NCBI GenBank assembly: GCA_026414325.1
Contig: JAOAJF010000001.1
Span: 36,090-100,089, forward strand
DNA: 64,000 nt
Reading direction: 5' to 3'
Source of the DNA: Candidatus Micrarchaeota archaeon
Lineage (GTDB): Archaea > Micrarchaeota > Micrarchaeia > Anstonellales > Anstonellaceae
Shown: piece by piece, positions 59,429 through 64,000 of the stretch
How positions within the stretch are numbered: the first letter of the stretch is position 1
How the letters are laid out: the number at the start of each line of letters is the position of its first letter
Translations under genes and position numbers: made by a program
Notes under the pieces: model-generated
Databases searched by the model: none
Told to the model about the DNA's origin: nothing
What the model saw: only the letters and a program-made list of their open reading frames with translations

Positions 59429-59986
59429 TTATCTATACTCTAACTCTCCATGGCCTGGGCAGAGAACTTTCCATTTTAATTTTTCTAAAAGCTCTAAGCT
59501 CTTTTTCATTTCTAGCTTACAACCACCTAAATCAGTTCTTCCGCAAATTCCATCTGCAAACAAAGTATCTCCACTAAACAATATTTTTGTATTTTTTTCA
59601 AATAAGCATATGCTACCAGGAGTGTGTCCAGGGGTTGGTATAACCTCTAAAACATATTTTCCAAATTCAAAAATTTTTTGCTCAATTTTTTTTGTATTTT
59701 TAGGTATGAACATGTATGGCAATTTCTCATCTTCATTCTCAGAAATATATGCTGTCCAATTTTTTTGTACTCCTGCACAATGATCAAAATGGCCATGGGT
59801 TAGTATACAAATCTTTGGTAAAAAATCCAGCAAGTCCTTTCCATCCCCAGCATCGATTAATAATATTTGGTTTTTATCATCTAATATAATATAGCGATTA
59901 GAGCAGATTCTTTCAGCTACTTGTAAATAATATATCTCCTCTTCGTCCAAAACTTTTTTAAAATCCTTCAAACTTATTTTTCTCAT
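59429..59986 (-). CDS. metallo-beta-lactamase fold hydrolase (glyoxalase II-like)
   Basis: ILTHGHFDHCAGV (HxHxDH) and TPGHTPGS motifs. Confidence 0.6.
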   Translation of the reverse strand: MRKISLKDFKKVLDEEEIYYLQVAERICSNRYIILDDKNQILLIDAGDGKDLLDFLPKICILTHGHFDHCAGVQKNWTAYISENEDEKLPYMFIPKNTKKIEQKIFEFGKYVLEVIPTPGHTPGSICLFEKNTKILFSGDTLFADGICGRTDLGGCKLEMKKSLELLEKLKWKVLCPGHGELEYR

Positions 59987-60780
59987 CTTATTTCAAAACC
60001 TCCTGCGGGCAACAAAGGTCCAATCTTTTCTTTTTTCATCTTTATTTTCTGAGCTATAAGCTCAATAGCTTTTTCCTTTTCAATATCTCCAGGATATAGC
60101 AAAATTTGATTAGAAGAGCTTTTGCTATGAAGATTTGGTAGAACATACGCCTCTTCATTTTCGATTATTATTTTTAAAGCAAGTTGAACGTTTTTTAGCC
60201 AATTTCTTTTTCCTAAAATTAAAAAAGCTCCTTTTCCAACATATTGGCCTTGGCTATATTTACTTACTTGCTCTTTTTTTACATAGTAAACATCTATTGT
60301 AGCTAGCCTTTTTTTCCAAGCTGATGAATATGCTGCTGCCCACTGAGCAGCTTGAACTCTATCCTCTTCCTTTGCATTAGCCCCATTTTTTAAAATCGTA
60401 GCAGGTGCACCAATCATATCTGCATGAAAAAATAAATCCTCATCCTTTAAATATTTAGAATAAAGCTCATCATTTTGCTTAGCATTTTTTCCAGCTATCA
60501 CTAAAAAACCATTGGTTGTATAAAACCATAAAAAATTTTCATACCATTTTTTTTGTTTTTTTATCTCTTGTTTTTGTTTTTGAGTTTCAGCCTTAGTAGT
60601 TGAAATATTTTTAATCTCTTCTTTAGTTTTTTCTATTTCTTGTAGAATTTTTCTTTTTTTTTCTTCAAGCTGCTTAAGTTTTTGATAGAGCTCTTCTAAG
60701 TTTTTCCAAACACTTTTAGTACAATCTAACTCTAATTCAATTTTTTCATTAGAAGAAATTTCTTTTGCAGCTTCATCCAT
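59983..60780 (-). CDS. DUF814/NFACT-R domain protein with N-terminal coiled coil
   Basis: DLFFHADMIGAPATILKNG resembles the NFACT-R/DUF814 core; N-terminal K/E-rich coiled coil; overlaps downstream MBL gene by 4 nt. Confidence 0.45.
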   Translation of the reverse strand: MDEAAKEISSNEKIELELDCTKSVWKNLEELYQKLKQLEEKKRKILQEIEKTKEEIKNISTTKAETQKQKQEIKKQKKWYENFLWFYTTNGFLVIAGKNAKQNDELYSKYLKDEDLFFHADMIGAPATILKNGANAKEEDRVQAAQWAAAYSSAWKKRLATIDVYYVKKEQVSKYSQGQYVGKGAFLILGKRNWLKNVQLALKIIIENEEAYVLPNLHSKSSSNQILLYPGDIEKEKAIELIAQKIKMKKEKIGPLLPAGGFEIR

Positions 60781-60823
60781 ATTAATTTTTTAATTGTTAG
60801 GCTATTAATATTTTTGTATTTGT

Positions 60824-61243
60824 ATGGAAAAAGAGCTTGAAAAAAATTATCGCTTTGTAATAGTGGACACAAACTTTTGGCTTTTATTTTATGAAAGGGC
60901 CATAAATATAATCGAAGGTATTGAAAATCTATTTAGCTACAAACCATTTTTGATCTTAGTTCCAACCTCTATTTTAGCAGAATTAAAAATTTTTTCTTCT
61001 AAAAAAAATAAACGAGCAGTAGCTGCAAAATCCTGCCTCCTGCTAATTAATAAACTAAAAGAAGAAAAAAAACTCAAGATTGTTCCAACCAAGGATAAAA
61101 ACGCAGATTCCTTTATTATTACTCTAGCAAGAAAAGTAAGAGCTTATGTAGCAACATCAGATAAAAAATTAATCTCTAAACTAAGAAAATATAAAATAAA
61201 AATTATTACACTTAAAGACAAACACCTAATTTCTTTCCTTTAA
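60824..61243 (+). CDS. PIN-domain protein, Fcf1/Utp24-like
   Basis: N-terminal FVIVDTNFWL acidic PIN motif; C-terminal YVATSDKKLISKLRK like Fcf1 IATQDRDLKRRIRK. Confidence 0.5.
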   Translation: MEKELEKNYRFVIVDTNFWLLFYERAINIIEGIENLFSYKPFLILVPTSILAELKIFSSKKNKRAVAAKSCLLLINKLKEEKKLKIVPTKDKNADSFIITLARKVRAYVATSDKKLISKLRKYKIKIITLKDKHLISFL

Positions 61244-61348
61244 TCTTTTTAACTTATAAACATTCTCAAAATTCAAACATAAACTATAAAAAGCTAAATC
61301 CACATATTTTTATATTCCTTTACCAATAAAAAAGTAGGGGGGGTATCT

Positions 61349-63394
61349 ATGCTAAATTATTTACTAATCGCAGTACTTGTTTCAGCGTTAGTTTTAATCT
61401 ATTCTTTTTTTATTGGAAGAAAGGTTCTTTCTTATCCAGCAGGAAATGAAAAAATGCAAAAAATCTCTAAGGCAATAGCTGCTGGTTCGGATGCTTATCT
61501 AAAAAGACAATTTCTTACAATTCTTTTTCCTCTAGTTCTAATCTTTATTGTTCTTGCATTCTTTTTTGGAATTTATCCAGCTTTAGCATTTGTATTTGGA
61601 GCGCTTTTATCTGCATTAGTAGGATACTTTGGAATGTATATTGCAGTTAGGGGAAATGTTCGAGCAGCTCAGGCAGCAACAAAATCCACAGCTGATGCTC
61701 TAAATGTTTCCTTTAAGGGAGGTCTAATTACTGGTCTTGCATTAATTGGTTTTGGGCTTTTAGGAATTAGTTTAATTTTTCTTCTAACTTATAATTTGTT
61801 TGCATCAAAAATTTACTCCACTTTAACTCATGAATTTATTTCTTTCTTAACCTTAATGCTCACCTCCTTTGGTTTAGGTGCAAATCTTATCGCACTATTT
61901 ATGAGAGTAGGTGGTGGAATTTATACTAAAGCTGCAGATGTAGGTGCTGACCTCGTAGGCAAAGTAGAAAAAAACATACCAGAAGATGATCCTAAAAATC
62001 CAGCAGTAATTGCTGATAATGTAGGGGACAATGTAGGCGATTGCGCTGGTATGGCAGCAGACGTTTTTGAATCTTATACTGTTTCAATAATAGCAGCAAT
62101 CATCTTAGGTGCTATTGCATATGGTCAAATAGGCACAGTTTTACCAATTATGCTTTATATAGTCGGAATAGTTGCTTCTTTACTTGGAACATTTTTTGTT
62201 AAGCTAAAAACAGAAGAGGAAAATCCAACAAATGCTCTCTTTAGAGGATTTTTTATCTCTATAATTTTTGCAGCCATTTTAGCTGCAGGTGTTATCTATT
62301 TATTAGTGCCAAACGAATTTTTCAAGGTCTTTTTAACAGTCTTAATAGGTCTAATAACCACAGGTATAATTGCATTTTTAACTGATTATTTCACAGGTAC
62401 CAGCTATAGCCCAGTAAAAGAAATTTATCAGGCTTCAACCACTGGTGCTGGAACAAATATAATTACTGGAATCGGAATAGGTCTAAAGTCCTCAGTTGTT
62501 ATGGCAATTGTTATCTCATTAGCAATATTTCTTGGCTATATTATAGATGGATTTTATGGAATTGCTCTTGTTGGAGTTGGAATTTTACTTCTAACAGGCT
62601 TTCTAATGGCAATGGATACTTTTGGTCCAATAGCAGATAATGCAGGTGGAATTAGCGAAATGGCAAATATGGGTAAAGAAGTTCAAGCAAGATTAGCAAA
62701 GTTAGATGCTCTTGGAAATACTACTAAAGCTCTAACAAAAGGCTTTGCCATTGGCTCTGCTGCCTTAGCAGCCACATCCTTATTTTCTACCTATATTTCG
62801 GAAGTAAATTTAGAATTTATAAATATTGCAAACCCACTTGTCTTTATCGGAATACTTTTAGGTGCTTCTGTTCCATTTTTATTCTCTTCTCTAACAATGC
62901 TTTCGGTTGGTAGAGCAGCCTATGAAATTGTTAAGGAAGTGCGAGAACAATTTAAAGACGGCCTTATTATGGCAGGTAAAAAAGAGCCAAATTATGCTAA
63001 ATGTGTAGATATCTCAACACAGGCAGCAATCAAAGAGCTTCTATTTCCTGCTGTTTTAGCCTTAGGCTCTCCAATCTTAATAGGATTTTTATTAGGGCCA
63101 GAAGCTTTAGGTGGATTTTTAGCAGGTGCAATATCTAGTGGATTTTTAATGGCTGTTTTTATGGCTAACACTGGTGCAGCTTGGGATAATGCTAAAAAAC
63201 TAATAGAGCATGAGGGAAAGAAAGGAACTGAAATGCACAAAGCAGCAGTTGTTGGTGATACTGTTGGTGATCCATTTAAAGATACCTCTGGTCCAGCAAT
63301 TAACCCATTATTAAAAGTAGTAAACATTGTCTCTATTTTAATTGGTGGTTTATTAGTACTAAGCTATGCAAAATCTCTTATCCTCTGTTGTTAA
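61349..63394 (+). CDS. hppA: membrane-bound H+/Na+-translocating pyrophosphatase
   Basis: DNVGDNVGDCAGMAADVFESY and VGDTVGDPFKDTSGP signature motifs; approximately 16 TM helices; RBS AGGGGGG upstream. Confidence 0.9.
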   Translation: MLNYLLIAVLVSALVLIYSFFIGRKVLSYPAGNEKMQKISKAIAAGSDAYLKRQFLTILFPLVLIFIVLAFFFGIYPALAFVFGALLSALVGYFGMYIAVRGNVRAAQAATKSTADALNVSFKGGLITGLALIGFGLLGISLIFLLTYNLFASKIYSTLTHEFISFLTLMLTSFGLGANLIALFMRVGGGIYTKAADVGADLVGKVEKNIPEDDPKNPAVIADNVGDNVGDCAGMAADVFESYTVSIIAAIILGAIAYGQIGTVLPIMLYIVGIVASLLGTFFVKLKTEEENPTNALFRGFFISIIFAAILAAGVIYLLVPNEFFKVFLTVLIGLITTGIIAFLTDYFTGTSYSPVKEIYQASTTGAGTNIITGIGIGLKSSVVMAIVISLAIFLGYIIDGFYGIALVGVGILLLTGFLMAMDTFGPIADNAGGISEMANMGKEVQARLAKLDALGNTTKALTKGFAIGSAALAATSLFSTYISEVNLEFINIANPLVFIGILLGASVPFLFSSLTMLSVGRAAYEIVKEVREQFKDGLIMAGKKEPNYAKCVDISTQAAIKELLFPAVLALGSPILIGFLLGPEALGGFLAGAISSGFLMAVFMANTGAAWDNAKKLIEHEGKKGTEMHKAAVVGDTVGDPFKDTSGPAINPLLKVVNIVSILIGGLLVLSYAKSLILCC

Positions 63395-63421
63395 AAAACC
63401 TCTTTTTTCATTTTTTTTATT

Positions 63422-64000
63422 TTAAAAAAACACACTTAAAAATCCATGGAGAAGTGTTTTTACTACAAAATAAACAGCATAAGCACCAATAGCTAATAAG
63501 GGCATGTATTTAATTCCATATACTAATTTACCTTCAGCTATTACTCCAATAAAAATTGAAACAAAGAGCGAAGTTAAAAATATTAAAGCAAAAGCTACAG
63601 AGTTTACAAATTCTGCACTCAATCCAATTGTTGGACTAATCATTGAAACAATAGTTTGTGCACTCGAGCCAGTTGTTGGCTTTAGACCTGTCTGTAATTT
63701 AGTAAATATTGCCAAAAATTCAGTAGATATTCCTAAAAGCACAGGCAGTCCTATTACCAATATAAAAATTAAAAATATGGTATATGTTTTAGTGTTTAGA
63801 ACAGTCTCTTTTTTTAGTTCATCTAAGTCTCTTATCTCTTCAGCAGCAGTTTCAAGCAAATTAGCAAGTTTTCCACCAGATTTTAAACCATTTTCAAAAA
63901 AAGCAATTGTTCTTCTTAAAACATCTGAATCAATATTTTCTGTAAGTGCATTTAGTGCATCAGTAAAGCTTTCAGTTCCTAAAGAGTAAGCAGCAACTTT
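63422..64000 (-). CDS. type II secretion system F-domain (FlaJ/TadC-like) membrane protein, 5' end beyond window
   Basis: minus-strand frame stays open to the window edge; NALTENIDSDVLRRTIAFFENGLKSGGKLANLLETAAEEIRD resembles T2SF cytoplasmic domain followed by TM helices; overlapping plus-strand ORF 63504-63989 judged antisense artefact. Confidence 0.4.
   Translation of the reverse strand, partial: KVAAYSLGTESFTDALNALTENIDSDVLRRTIAFFENGLKSGGKLANLLETAAEEIRDLDELKKETVLNTKTYTIFLIFILVIGLPVLLGISTEFLAIFTKLQTGLKPTTGSSAQTIVSMISPTIGLSAEFVNSVAFALIFLTSLFVSIFIGVIAEGKLVYGIKYMPLLAIGAYAVYFVVKTLLHGFLSVFF

Noticed and set aside
63504-63989. Plus-strand 161-aa ORF at the window end
   Set aside because: Overlaps a more plausible minus-strand T2SF-like membrane gene with TM helices; the plus-strand product lacks coherent features.
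1-64000. Mobile elements, integrases, transposases, CRISPR arrays, prophage
   Set aside because: No transposase/integrase-like ORFs, no regularly spaced direct repeats and no phage structural gene signatures recognised anywhere in the window.

Overview
AT-rich (about 30% GC) archaeal chromosomal segment. Archaeal-type genes are recognisable throughout: family B DNA polymerase, two Orc1/Cdc6 genes, archaeal PheT, Pus10, diphthine synthase, RpoE, Spt4, RpoK, ribosomal protein S26e, Mtq2, Sua5, an archaeal TrmJ-like SPOUT methylase, SepF and mevalonate kinase. Small genes, many orphan coiled-coil or membrane proteins, and several bacterial-like genes (type I GAPDH, LemA-HtpX, bPH_2) suggest a reduced, possibly DPANN-like archaeon; this is an inference from gene content only. 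Recognised RNA genes are tRNA-Glu(UUC), tRNA-Ser(GCU) and an SRP (7S) RNA. The SRP RNA is partly covered by a spurious N-terminal extension of the Sua5 ORF in the six-frame track. Central metabolism and housekeeping genes include pgk, gap, pyrG, tmk, mvk and hppA. No CRISPR array, transposase or integrase is evident. The most unusual region is a 14-kb co-directional, tightly packed and partly translationally coupled cluster at 14304-28238. It encodes two giant proteins (1510 and 1096 aa) plus 449-aa and 530-aa proteins with no recognisable domains. It is followed by a secreted Cys-rich protein with a C-terminal CARDB-like domain and a transglutaminase-like protein whose catalytic His appears replaced. 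This cluster is my candidate for an undescribed cell-surface or host-interaction system. Other notable points: a Spt4 homolog lacking all zinc-ribbon cysteines, two Orc1/Cdc6 paralogs 3.5 kb apart, a bacterial-type GAPDH divergent from an archaeal PGK, three tandem Yip1-like paralogs, and a short GC-rich hairpin island that may be an unannotated small RNA.
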